Positions 26,418-39,420 of a stretch of 64,000 nt of DNA are shown piece by piece. The stretch is from assembly GCF_009914755.1 (NCBI RefSeq), contig NC_060928.1; one strand, 5' to 3'. The notes beneath the pieces are model-generated. The model did no database searches. It was not told the origin of the DNA and was given only the letters and a program-made list of their open reading frames with translations. Origin of the DNA: the human T2T-CHM13v2.0 reference genome, Homo sapiens. Position numbers and translations under genes: made by a program. Within the stretch, counting starts at the first letter, position 1. Each line of letters begins with the position of its first letter.

Positions 26418-29159
26418 TACTTTGTATTTGACACAATCCTGTATTCCCTCAACTTTTGAATGAGATCTATCATAGTAGGAAGGCCAAGTGGAGCTCTGAA
26501 TCCTGCAACTTGCTCCCCACTCCCAGCCAAAATAATCAATCAAAAATAATATCACACACCAGCCACCTTTAAAGATGAAAAGATGCTGAGGTTGTGGGCC
26601 CCATCATATCTCTGTTTAATTCGTCAGTCTGGCCCCGGCAAAAACCAGATACTGGAGGATGACAGTGGACTACTGCAAACTCAGACATGTAGTACTCACA
26701 ATTGCAGCTGCTGTGTCAGGTGTGGTCTCTTTGCTACAGCAGATTAACTAGGTCTTAGGTCCATGATAGGTGGTCATTGATCTGGAAAGAGGATCAAAAA
26801 CCATTCACATTCATTTGGAACGGACAAGAGATTACATTTACAATCTTGCCCTGGGACTATATTAACTCTCCTGTCCTCTATCATAATATTGTCTGAAGAG
26901 TCTTGAGTGGTTGAACAGCTTGCCAGACATCACATTGGTCCACTGTAGTGATGACATCCTGCTGGCTTGCCTGTTGGTGAGACAACATCCCCTCCAGAGA
27001 GTGAGAGATAAACTTGACAAAGATCCAGAGGCATTTTCACATTAGTGAAAATTGTGAGGATCCAGTGGTGTGGGCATGGGGAAAATCCCCAAACCCACTA
27101 CAAAATAAAAAATAAATTATTTCATCTTGTATCTCCCATCATAAAAAAAGAAAGCATAACCCCTCATTGGGTTCTGGAAATAGCGTATTTCACACTTGCA
27201 AATACTGCTCTGATCCATATGTCAGATGACACAAAAAGCTACTGGATTTAAGTAGAAATCAGGATGTTTGCTGTAGCAGGTCCAGGCTGTGGTACAAGCA
27301 GCCCTTCCATTTGAGCCATATGATCCAGCAGAACCTATGATATTAGAGATGTCATGGTGGGAAAAGACACCATGTGGTTTTTGTGACAGGCCCCAGTGGA
27401 AGATTCACATGACAGAGCCCTGGGTTTTTGGAGCAGAAGTATGCCATCTGCCATGGAGAATTATACACCTTTTGAAAACAGCCCCCAGCCTTGTGCCCTA
27501 GTAGAGATGAAGTGCTGGATCATGGAACACCAAGTGATCAGGCCGCCAGAACAATTCATCTTGAGCTGGGTCCTGTCAGACCACCAAGTCGTGAGGGTAG
27601 ATGAGCCCAGTTCAAATCATCATAGGATGCAAGTGGCATATCCAGGATCCAGCATGGCTGGAGAGCACAGGGAAGCTATACAAGGTATCCCAGGACCCCA
27701 CGCCACCCACCACTGTTGGGCTGGCCCTTCTCTCTCAGCTGGTATCTGTGGCCTCCTGTGAATCCTTCATGACAAACTGACAGAGGAGTAATAAGCCCTC
27801 TTTGGTTCATGGGTGTGTCAGCCCGGGTGTGCTGTGTGTGCAAACTGAAAAGAGATGGCAGTTGCACTGCTGCCATACTCAAGAGTAGGGGGAAATCTTC
27901 CCAATGATGGAGGTTTGGGTGGTGCACCTGGTTGCCCAGTTTGTGTGGAAAGAGAATGGCCTGAGGGTAGAATATACACAGACTCTTACTTGGGCTGTGG
28001 CAAATAGCCACCTTTTGATGGTCCTGGGAGGAGGATTGGAAGATAGGAGACCAGGGGTAGAGGCCTGTGGATCGACATGGGAATGGCCATGCAGTGTGAA
28101 GGTCTTTCCCTTGCTTATTAATGCCCACAAGAAAGCATCCACCATGGGAGAGTAAGTACTTGGTTAGTAGGCACAATAACTTAGCCTGGTTGACACCAGC
28201 CAGCCTCTATCATCACCCTGGTCTTGGCACATTGAATGCTCGAACAGATTAGTCATGGAGGCTAAGAATGGAAATGAGGAGTGAGCAAGCCAGAATGAAG
28301 CTCTATGGAGAGAGGGCTGGATGAGAAAATCTTCTCTGGCCAGAAGAGTAACCTTAGAGGCTAGAAGAACTGAAATGTTGGGAAGAACTGAAATGTCTAC
28401 TGAAATAAATATAAATGAATGGAAATTTATGAAGTGTTTTGCTGTGTGGCTGAGTTAGGGTTAGGAATCCTTATACAATTTCACCAACCAAATACGATAT
28501 AGCTGCCATTGCCAAACATCCAAGCTGTGTATAACAGAGATCAGTTGTGAGACCCAGATACAGTGCCAGCTACCTGTGGCAAGTCGACCACATTGGGCTC
28601 CTTCTACCTGAAAAAAAGCAGCATTCACCTCGACTGGAAGAGATACATATTTCGAACCTATGTTTGCCTTTCCTGTCTTCAAGATCTCAGCCAGTATCAC
28701 ATTCCAAAAGCTTATGAAGTGTTTGGTCCATCTGCATGGGATTACACATAACATTACATCAGACCAAGACCCTCCTTTCCATACTCATGGGATCCACTGG
28801 TCATACTACATGTGACACATCCAGATATTGCCAGCCTGCTAGAATGATGGAACGGGAATATGAAGGCATAGCTGCAGTGCCAGCTTGCAGGATGGGGAAC
28901 AACCCTTGCAAATGCAGTTGTCACTTTAAATAAAAAAACTTAAATGAAGACGTGTCCCAGTAAGTGGAATATGTGGATCTAGGAACCAATGGAAGTAGGA
29001 GTCATCCTACTTACCATCTCTCCTGGTAATCCACTGGGATTGTGTACCTCCTGTCTTCTCAATGCTGAGCTATTCAGCCACAGAGATCATGTTTCCCAAA
29101 GAGGAAACACCTCTGGCCAGGAGACACATGGCTTTGTGTGTAGCCAACCCTAGGTTCAA

Positions 29160-29432
29160 TGAGACTTTCCTTGGGCACCCTTATAAAATAGCCGTTTCTT
29201 CTACATTTGAATTTATCTCCCTTTCTTCCTTCTTCTGCCTGGCACTTACCACTATCTGAATTATATTGTTTATTTATTTGTTTACTTGCATGTTGTTTTT
29301 CTCTCTCCTCCACTGAAGTGTAATTTCCAGCAGATTAGAAACATTTACTTGTTCTCAGCTGTGTCACTTGTGCCTAGAATAACACTGGCCACATTGCAGG
29401 CAATTGATAAACACTTGCCACATGAATGAATG
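29160..29432 (+). mobile_element. L2 LINE 3' end
   Basis: 'gcacttaccactatctgaa...gtgcctagaataacactggc...tgataaacacttgccacatgaatgaatga'. Confidence 0.65.
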
Positions 29433-31104
29433 ACTCTATAATGTAATTTTTGCATGCAGATAGTCCTCAATTGTAAGGATTTATCACAATTTATTTAACC
29501 AATCACTTTCGGCAGTTTATATTCCTCACAAGTTTTCTCCATTGAAATAATGGCAGGCAAAATCATGACCTATTACTTCCATAAGATGAGGTCCAAGTAC
29601 TACAATTGCTGGCACAAAAGGTATGACTCTCAGTTTTTTCAGGCTTTTGATATGTGATGCTTCATGGGTTTGCTCTGAAAGTATTCATATATTATAAATG
29701 TAATCCAGATTTAGCTGTCCTCTTGTCAAACAGGCTGTTGACCAAATGTAAAACCAGCATTCTGACCTAGCAAGCTTCAACATTTTATGTAAGAAACACA
29801 GCCATATTCAGAATGTTAAATTCTGTTTTTCATTACCTTTGCTGAAGATCATACAGGAGTCTGTATCCCTAACTCTAACAACTCACAATAAAACACTTCG
29901 TAAATCCCAGTTAGACATTTTAGTTTTCTGTATCATCTCCCAGGGATGCTCTCTTGGCTGGGGGAATGTTTTTCCTCCAGCCTCTCTTTATAGAGCCACA
30001 TTCTTGCCTACTTCCTTCTTCTTCTCCTTATTGCATTTTCTCCCCCCTAGAAACTTCAATTACTCCCGCTATTTTATCATGTAGAGCACCTGCTCACTTT
30101 CTTATGAAACTAGGGCCCCGCGCAGAGAGGCAGGTGGTTGCTACTAGCTTGTACTATTTTCTTTAGGTCTCAACATGTTTGTGTCTCTTCCTACAAAGAA
30201 ATTCTCTGACCCTAACCACATAGAGGAAAACATTTGTTCTTCTCCTTTTTCCCTTAAGTTACTTCCTTAGAGCGCTGAAAGCCAAATTCTGACATTCTCA
30301 TGCTATCTGTATCGTGGGATTCTACTGGGAGTCATGCATTACCTATATTTGATGGATGTACTTGGTACACTCAGGCTTCCTCCGTAAGTCATTCCTTCTT
30401 CCCCTCCCCTCAGTGCCTATTTGTCTCAGGTCTTGAGCTTCAGGTACTGAAAGATTTGAACTGGAGTCTTATCTCCACAACTTACTAAGTTTGTGAATTT
30501 AAACATATTTTACTACTCTGAGTCATTGTATCCACATCTATAAAATAGCACCTACCTATGAAGAGTAAATGTGTTAACACACACAAGTTAGCACAGTGGC
30601 CTGAGAAAATGCCCAACAAATGTTGACTGTTATTATGCCACTCTTCTTTTTGGCATTTCTGCCCTCTCGATACCTTCTTGGTATAGGCATTAATTTGTTA
30701 GTTTCCCTAATTTCTTCATCATTCATCTTTCCTCTGTAGAAACCTCAGATGAGGTTAAGTGAAACCCGCTACCGTGTCTTCACTTCTCAGAGGATACTTT
30801 GTTCCTCTTGTCTTCTTCTTGTACTTTCTTATTTATCCTTAGCTTCTGGAAATACCTTTCTTTGCCTATAGTGCCCTTGAACTCTATCTTCTTCATTTCC
30901 TGTGGTTTATTTAAGTTCCTGCTTACCACCTCTTCTGTCTCCTCCAGTCTCTGATGACTTTCCTTTGTGCCTTTGGACACTCAGATTTCTTTTCCCTTTT
31001 CATACTTGTCCTTCACATTTGGCTCAGTGACACTATTCTCTTATGCATACAAATTCTTTTCATCTTTGTAGAGATTACATGTAATTCTCTTTTACAGAGA
31101 GAAA

Positions 31105-31450
31105 CAGCATTCATTTATTCATTCATTGAGTGAATGTTATTGAGAGCCTGCTATCTTCAAGGGACTGGATCGAGTCTTTGGGAGACAGAAATTAAAGGCA
31201 CAGTTCCTGCTCTTGAAGAGCTCACAGTCTATTGGGGAAGAAGATGAATAAACAAATTCCACTTTGGTAACGTGTCTATGAAAGGGCCAATGCAAGGTGA
31301 ATTGAGAAGGGGCAATTAGTAGAAATTGAGGTGGAAGGAAGAGGTGTGAAGGAAAGCATTCCAGAACTGTTGACATCAGAGTTGAGTTTCAAAGCATGAA
31401 AAGAAATAAGCCAGGAGGAGTGGGCTGTGAATATGTTGGGAGTGCAGATT
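31105..31450 (-). mobile_element. L2 LINE 3' end
   Basis: 'cattcatttattcattcattg...ttattgagagcctgctat...cagttcctgctcttgaagagctcacagtct'. Confidence 0.65.
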
Positions 31451-31504
31451 CTAGTTAGGGGGGGCAATGTTTGCCTCTGCATTACGTCAAATCCTTCATA
31501 GTTG

Positions 31505-32138
31505 TGGAATATAAAGTAGTTCAGCCACTGTGGAAAGCCGTTTGGAGATTTCTCAAGGAACTAAAAACAGAACTACCATTTGACTCAGCAATCTCATGAC
31601 TGAGTATATACCCAAAGGAAAAGAAATCACTCTACCAAAAAGACACATACAGCTATATGTTCATCACAACACTATTCATAGTAACAAAGACATGGAATCA
31701 ACCTAGGTGGCCATCAACAGAGGATTAGATAAAGAAAATGTGGTACACATACAACATGGAATACTCTGCAGCCATAAAAAGAATGAAATCATGTCCTTTG
31801 CAGCAACATGGATGCAGCTGGAGGCCAATATCCTAAGTGAACTAATGTGAAACAGAAAACCAAACGCCGTATGTTTTCATTTGTAAATGAGAGCTAAACA
31901 TTGGATACACGTGGTCAGAAAGATGGGAACAATAGATGCTGGAGACTACTAGAGGGAGGGAGGAGGGAGGGAGGAGGGAGGGAGGGAGGGGGACAAGGGC
32001 TGAAAAACTACCTGTTGGGTACTATGCTCAGTACCTGGGTGATGGGTTCAACTGGACCCTAAACCTCATCATCACACAATATACTCTTGTAACAAACCTG
32101 GACGTGTACCCCTGAATCTAAAATAAAAGATGGAGGAA
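31505..32138 (+). mobile_element. L1PA15/16-like 5'-truncated LINE-1
   Basis: ORF2 tail and 3' UTR; 16-bp TSD 'aaatccttcatagttg' (31489) / 'aaatctttcatagctg' (32139). Confidence 0.9.
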
Positions 32139-32959
32139 AAATCTTTCATAGCTGAATTACTTGACTACTCATTGTATCAGATGATTTTTTGAAACCTAGC
32201 TACAGGATGTCCTGTAGCTGCATTCCTTATCAATGATAACCTTTCTTGACTAACAAATAAAAAGAATTGCTGCTTAGGTAATCCTGTGTTCTTTTTTGAT
32301 AAAGCCCTATTTCATATTTACCTCCTTGCCAATCTAAACTAGTCTATAATTTTTAAACCTACTGTTTTATTCATGAAGATGATAAAAATGTTGTTTGCAC
32401 TGATCTGTTAAATAAAATAGCCACACAGTTCTGACATCTTTTCTTCTGATGTATTTTCTAAACTTTGCATAAAAGTTCTCACTTCTAATGGTTTTAATTA
32501 CTGCAAATAAATATGCCCCATGGGTTTATTCCAATGAATTGATAACCAGGTTCCCTCCCATCTTATGGTCTCTTGACTTCATAACAAAACTATCTTCAAA
32601 GGGGTCCAGTCTTCACAGGATCCATATTTGTTATTACTATTTTTGTAGTGCCCTCCTCCTTCCTGCTCTTCCCACTCCTCCTCCTTCCCCTTCCTTCCTC
32701 GTTTGCCCTTTCTTATCATCCCTCAACTCACAACAGAAGCTTGTAGCTCAGTAAATAACAAGGTGAGCCCAAGCACATAGGGTGGAGGCTTGGAAAAGAA
32801 ATGTGGACACTGAGGTAAGATAGGCCCTTGATATCGACCCAGCCAAAGGCAACCTGAGGAACTCTAATGATAAAGGCATAGCATAGTATTTGAAGTTATT
32901 TGAAAGTATTCAGTATTTGTAGAACACAGGGATAGGCAATAATAAGCCATCAGGCAGAT

Positions 32960-34190
32960 GGGAAACCTGGCTGGAATTTTTATTGTCTTTGTGTTGAAAT
33001 TATACATTAATTGAGAAAGAATTAAAATATTTTAAATATCAAGTCAGCAACCATGACTGTGGTATATGTTTTCATTTATTCAGTCTTCTTTTATGTCTCT
33101 TAGTAGAATTTTAATATTTGTTTCCATAAATGTACATTTATTGTAAATTTGACTCTCAGATGCATTACAGTTCTCTTCTTATTGTGAATGGTACTTAATT
33201 TTCTGCTGGTTAGTGCTGGGATGGGGGAACACTATTGACTTTTGTAAGTTGAACTTGCCTTAAGGCAAATTTGCCAAACCCTGGCTACTTTTAATAGTCC
33301 GTTGGCTCTCTTGATTTTCTATGTAGATGATCATACTGTCAACAATGAATGACAATTTAATATCTTTTATTCCAGTGCTGGTGTACCAGTTATCAGTTGC
33401 TGCAAACAAATTATCCCAAAACTTAGCAGCTTAAAACAATAGACATATATGATCATACATACAGTCTCTGAGGTCAAGAATCCTGGAATCTGACCTAGTG
33501 TCATAAATGACACAGCATTACTTCACCTTATTCTATTTGTTAGAAGCAATTCACTAAATTCAGTCCAAACTAAGGGGAGAAAAATTAGTCTCCACTTTTT
33601 CAAGGAACTTTCAAAGACTCTGTGAGTATATTTCAAGCCACCGCATCCTGTAATCTTTTATCCTTCTTGTTTTCTATTTTTTAATTCTTGTTGGCAACAA
33701 CATCCCATGACAGGTTATATAGCAGCAGAGACAAAGGAGAATTTGTTTTGTTCCAGATATTAAAGGAATAGAGCCTGAGGTTTATCCACCAGCTATCATG
33801 TTGATGTTACTTTTTTGGTATAGCATCTATAGCAAATGAAAGTCCTCTTCTATTCCTGGCGACTGAGATTGTTATTGTTTTATCACAAGGAAATATAAAT
33901 TTCATGAAACTCTTTTGCATTCATAGATGTTTTTCTTTCTTTTCTCCTTTAACACTGGGGTTTCTGATATTAAACCATTGTATTTTTGGGAAAAACCACA
34001 CTTGGCTTGTTTTTAAATACATTATTTGGTATTTACTTAGATCACATGTTATATAGAATTTTTCCACCTATATTCATAAGTTAAATAGACCTGCAATTTT
34101 TTTCTTGTGCTGTCCATACTGGTTTTAGAAATCAACGTTTTATTAGCCTCCTAAAATGAGTTAGGCTGCTTTCCTCCTTTTCTGTGTTCT
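32960..34190 (-). mobile_element. Highly decayed L1ME-like ORF2 fragments with a nested MLT1-type LTR (~33383-33645)
   Basis: T-rich antisense L1 phrases ('ttttctatgtagatgatcata', 'ttttattagcctcctaaaatgagttagg'); MLT1 phrase 'aacaaattatcccaaaacttagcagcttaaaacaa'. Confidence 0.55.
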
Positions 34191-37100
34191 TTAACTTGGA
34201 GGTTTTGTGGCATGCCTCTGTTACAGAGTGGCCTTCTTTTCCTTTCCACACTTCCATCTTCTCATGCCTGGTTTGGTTTACATGCACCCCTTCATGGTCT
34301 GTGCCTTCTTTTCTGACTCTGTGTTGCTTATATACAGCAGGCAGTGAAAATTTATACCGTTGGGCTCAGATGTGCATTTAATGGTAACAATTTTTTATGA
34401 CTGACTCAAACTTCCTTATGATCCCTTCATGAGGTCAGTGATAGAGGCAGGGAAGGACAACATAAGGGTATGTGGTGGTACTGAAATTTGCAAAATATAA
34501 AGAAAGTATCTCAGTAACATGGTTTAACACAATTGCATTTTGAATAAATATTCTCTCCCCTCTCTCTCTCTCTTAGGTTCTAAGATGATTTCTTTGGTTC
34601 GAGGCACATTTTCTTGCATTTGTATTGATGACGGGAAGGGAAGCTGGCTATCTGCATATGTGTTTACTTGACAACAGACAAGCTGAAGAGGCATCGGAAG
34701 ACCAGAGGGCAGCCCAAGCAGTCCCTCTAGTCACAACACAGGCACATAACATACGCAGATGCCTTCTTAGGAAAGTAGTCATGGGGATTGGGGAAGTTTT
34801 GAGACAAGACAAATGGCCATTGAACTTGAATGAAAATAAACCAACCTGAATGAAACTTTTAATACTGAGAGACACTGAACTTACTTTAATTAGGAAGTTT
34901 AAGTATTTTTTTCCTTACTACTCAGTTATAGAAACATAAAGAATGCTCCAATGTTTACATATTTCAGTGTGGTGGATAAAAATCTGACCCTACTACAATG
35001 AGACTAACAATTTTGGCTTCCTTAATTTGGAACCTTACCCATTGGAGACCTTGTTTCCTGGTCTCCCCAGATCCTATCCCCTTCCTGGTTCTGCGCCAGA
35101 GAAACGGGTACTGGGTAGAAAGCTGCAGTCCATACTGGCTATACTGCTAGTGAGCTATATGACCACTCTGCCTCTTAATTTTCTAACCCATAAAATGGGA
35201 AGACTAAAATAAATGAACCTTGAAATCTTTCCAGCTTATGGATATTTTTTTCACAATCTTCCCCCATCCCAGCACTTTCTTCTCTTTCTCTTCAGGGTGT
35301 ATTTCAAGTGAGAGGATAGTCAGATTTTCCTAATCAATGATTCAATTTTATTTGCTCCCTTCATTGATGTCTCTGTGGATTTGACTTAGGAACAGGTCAC
35401 GCTGTGTCTATAAAATGATAACACTGGTTCAAGTCCAGTTAGATTCCATAGCTGCTCTATATGGCATATTGCTCCTCTCACCTCCCTCCTTCCCCACTTT
35501 CTTCTTCAGAATAGTTCATTGTGAAGAATTCCACTGGCATTTCATACCCTTCAAGTTCTACATCATACAGCTGGTGTGGCTCTAAACGTAGGTTTTAAAA
35601 ATCAAAAGCACCAAAGCAGAGAGTCTGGCTGGATCAGGAAAGCAATAGTGCAATTTTCTGATAACACTGTTTCCCCAACAAAACATAAATCTGAACAAAT
35701 GAATCTTACAGAATCACTGGTGCTGGGGAGAATTCTTTTTTTTTTTTTTTTTTTTTTTTTTTTGGTGCCTGGTAGGGTTATTTCCCATCTTCCAAAGCCT
35801 AAGCCCTAATGAGCTCCAGGGGGACAGAAGTCTGTCAATCACAGGGTACTTTTCAAGTATAGTCATCTCTGCCCCATCAGAGAACCACGAGGCATGAAAT
35901 AATTAGAAAGCCCAGAATAACTGCTCTGTTTTACAAGAGCAAAATCCGTATGTGGATCATTTACATAAACTTGTCACTTCCCATTACAGTTCTAATGTCG
36001 GCTGGGTAGTAATCGCAGGCATGCTGGGGGAGGGGAGGTCAAGGTAGGCTGCGCCTCCATACTGGAAGCCTAAGGTACGCATGTGCTGTGCCTGTCACCA
36101 CCCCCACCTGCACTGCCTACTGAATTAATGGAAAGTATCTTTTCTTTTCCATTAAATAAGAACTATTCATGCTGCTATGGCAGCAGACCCTGTGCTTAAG
36201 AGAGAGAAAAAAAGCGCTTTTGCATCAAGCTATTGTTGGGGGAGAATTCACTTTGAGGAGCATTTCAAAGCTGATCCGATTGGGGAAAGAATCATGTTAA
36301 ATATTTGCTATGAAATATTTATAAGAAGAGCACAGGAGCAATTGACAAAGTTGCCTGGGAAAATAATCATTTCTCCTCATTTGGACATTTTAGGTTGGGG
36401 GGTTTAAATGCCCTACGGAGAACTTATATAAGTGCAAATACATGTGTGATGTGTGTTCACAAATGCGCGTGTGCATACACACATACAAGCACACTCACAC
36501 ACATGGTTGAATGGATTGATAGGATTTAAGCCAATCTGCATCTGAATGCTATTTCCCAAATACGGCAGCAATAAGAGGTCACTGAGGACTCTCTTGATAA
36601 TTGTGTTTGAAGAAGCCCTGTGCTGATGCCGGCAGAGCAGGGCGCCTTAGCTGTACCCAGGCAGCCATGGCCATGTGGCAGGCAGCCATCTTACAGGTGC
36701 TTTTTATATACCACACCCTAAGAAAGGGACTCTTGAAGGGGACAGACTCCCCTCAACCCTACCCTTTATTCCATCAGTTTGATACCCGGGTGTATGCATT
36801 GAGAAAGGAAAAGGATGATTTGTTTGAAGCCAGAATAAATGTTATCAGAGTACAGTGTTGCCATCTATGTGGCTTGTGGGTTAAAAAGAAATTAGCACCG
36901 AAACCCTGCCCACCTGAATATACAATTATGTAATAAAATGTGGCAGATGATTTATTGACTTATATGGTTAAAAGAAGGTCTGTATCAACTGTATATAATT
37001 TCAATATCTGTGGGGCTCTTCTCTGTATCAGGAAGAGAGAAATGAAAATATTCTGTTTTCATGCAATGTGTCCAATAAATAAATCACATATTTAACTCAG

Positions 37101-38264
37101 TATTTGCCACATAAGCCTTGCAATCATTTTATGTAGTATTTTATACTACTGTGAAACTAGTGTACTGTAGTGTGATTAGCATAAGCAACCAAAGAGCTAA
37201 CTAGGTAGTGTATACCTTGTTACTGATGCTTATTTTAGCCTAGAAATTCTATAGAGGATTTTGCTCTATGCCAGTTTTATTAATCAACAAGCACATAGGC
37301 TTCTGGCCAAAAGGGTGAGTGCTCTGAAATGTCCAGCTGCAGTCATCTCTATAGTATCCGACTTTGTCTGAGAGGACCAAGATCACCTAGCAGTGACGCA
37401 GGCAGAAGGAAGATGCACGGGCGTGGTGGGGGTCTGAACCACAGCCAGGCTGTTTCTTATCTAAGAGTTCACCAAGTGGGAAAGCATTGTGGATGGATTT
37501 AAATCAGCTTTTTTCTCCAACCCCCCTCCCTTGCACACAACAAAAGTCTAAATCCCTTTTCAGGCCAGATTGCCCCATTTCCCTGCATGGGCCAGGCAGA
37601 TTGGAAACATGTTTGTCATTCAGCTTTTCTCCGGGCTAATCAGGAGACACTGGGGTGGTGGGATTTCTGCCTTTCATCTATGGAGCCTGCCTCTAAAAAC
37701 AGCCGTGCAGAGGCCTCTAGGCCTGCTCGAGAGCTGGGCTGCCTGTCATCTCTGCAGACAGATATAAAAATATTGTTAACCACGAGCCTAAGCAGAGGGT
37801 TTAACAGGGATTTGAATCTAAAATGTGATACTCCACATAGACCAACTTGATTTGGTCCAACAGAGCCGAACCCCTTATTCTGTTCTAACAAAGTGTGTCA
37901 CATAATGGAGGAGATTTTGATGGGATTTACGACGTCTCTGTTTCAGGCCTGTTGCTGAATAGATGTAAACTGTGAATGAACGTAGCTGCCTCCTGAGCTA
38001 TCATGACAAGAGGCCTTGGTCCATCTGACTGACGCATCAAGGTCTTATTGGAGGACAGCTTTCAAGTTCACGGGGGTGCTCTCCCTAGCATGCAGTGGCA
38101 GCTGTGCCAGGCAGGTGTGAAGCAGTGAGGTTCCTTGTGGAGCCACAGCCAGTGTCAGAGGGTTGCTACACACTGATTCCCATAACTCCTATATTGGGAA
38201 CTTAAGTGACCTTTTGAACCTGACAATTCTGGACAATATTACTTGTAAAGACAATGGACACCAA

Positions 38265-38500
38265 TCATGAGGAGGGAGTATAAAGTGGTGGCTAGAGTCT
38301 AAGAGGGCATAGTTTGACTCTTGGCTTCTCCACTCACCAGGAAACCTGGGCTAGATCACTCTCAACAACTCGGTTTCTTCATCTATAAAATGGGAATAAC
38401 AATTGTATTTTCTCCCTTAAATTGTTTTGAGGAATATGGGAGGCTGTGCATGTTCAGGACTAAGTCTAGACCATAAATCCTTGATATACAACATTGCTAG
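38265..38500 (+). mobile_element. MIR SINE
   Basis: 'ctcggtttcttcatctataaaatgggaataacaat...gttttgagga'. Confidence 0.6.
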
Positions 38501-38659
38501 CTACTGCTTGCAGCTCCATGGCAGTTAAGAAGAGCTTGGGACATTACCTGAACCACAGGCTGACTCACTCATAGCTCCACTGTCTGAAAAAGCAATGGAC
38601 AACATTCCAGAAGCAGAAATGAGGCAATGACATCCAGTCATATCCATCTGCCAAGAGAC

Positions 38660-39420
38660 TCTTTTGGAAAGTCCTACATTTCAGGCATAAGCAAAATCTA
38701 GAAAATAATATAATGAACACTCATAGATGTGTCACAGAACTTTGACAAATTTTAATGTTTTGCAGGGTTTATTCTGATGGTAGGAAATAAACCGCTCAGA
38801 ATTGTGTTGAGTTACTCAGTGCCTCTCCTTGAGCCCATTCTTCTTCTTACCTTCCCCCTTCTGCCCCAAGATAATTACTGTCCTGAATTTGAGTTTTAAC
38901 AATTCTCGACATGTTTTTTTGAAATTCAAATATGGTATAGCTATGATAATAGCTATAAATATTCATAAACAATACTGAGTTTTGTTTTATACAATTTGGT
39001 TTTTATATAAGTGGTATTATATTTAACATATAAGTCCACCATTGGCTTTTTCTCTTAATATTATGTTTTTATATTTAGTCATATTTATACATTTTTATAA
39101 ACAAAGAGACATAGATTTGTACTGCAGTTTGAATGTCCATTTCATGAATTAATTTTTCCATTCTCTCATTGGTAGACATTTAGACTATTTCTACTTTTTT
39201 CTACTTAAATAGTACCCCAGTAAACACATACCTGTGTGTGTTCTTCTGTGTATAGGTAAGTGCTTGTCTACATTTATACTGTTTGGCTCAGATCCTATTC
39301 CCTTAGAGATAATTCAGTATAAATATATATGAGTAGAATTGCTGGTCCTTAGGGACATATATCTTCCCCATTATTAGATGTTACCAAATTGCTTTTAACA
39401 CCAGCAGAATATGAGAATTT
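38660..39420 (-). mobile_element. L1ME-like 3' fragment
   Basis: 'ttccattctctcattggtagacatttagactatttc...gagtagaattgctgg...ccaaattgc...caccagcagaatatgag'. Confidence 0.6.

Larger units (their letters stand above)
24257..29130 (+). pseudogene. Decayed ERVL (ERV3-16A3_I-like) internal gag-pro-pol region
   Basis: Frameshifted motifs: protease NTGSKLTLI (~25876), RT WRMTVDYCKL (~26652) and HCSDDILL (26941), VQAALPFEPYDPAEPMILE (27292), LGFWSRSMPSAMENYTPFE (~27420), RNaseH GKSSQ (~27890), integrase WQVDHIG (~28577). Confidence 0.88.

Noticed and set aside
27676-28176. 166-aa minus-strand ORF
   Set aside because: Antisense to the decayed ERVL pol; no independent coding evidence.
39240-39262. Plus-strand 'ctgtgtatag|gtaagt' AG|GT motif
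   Set aside because: Inside a decayed L1ME relic with a short pyrimidine tract; shows that such motifs arise by chance.
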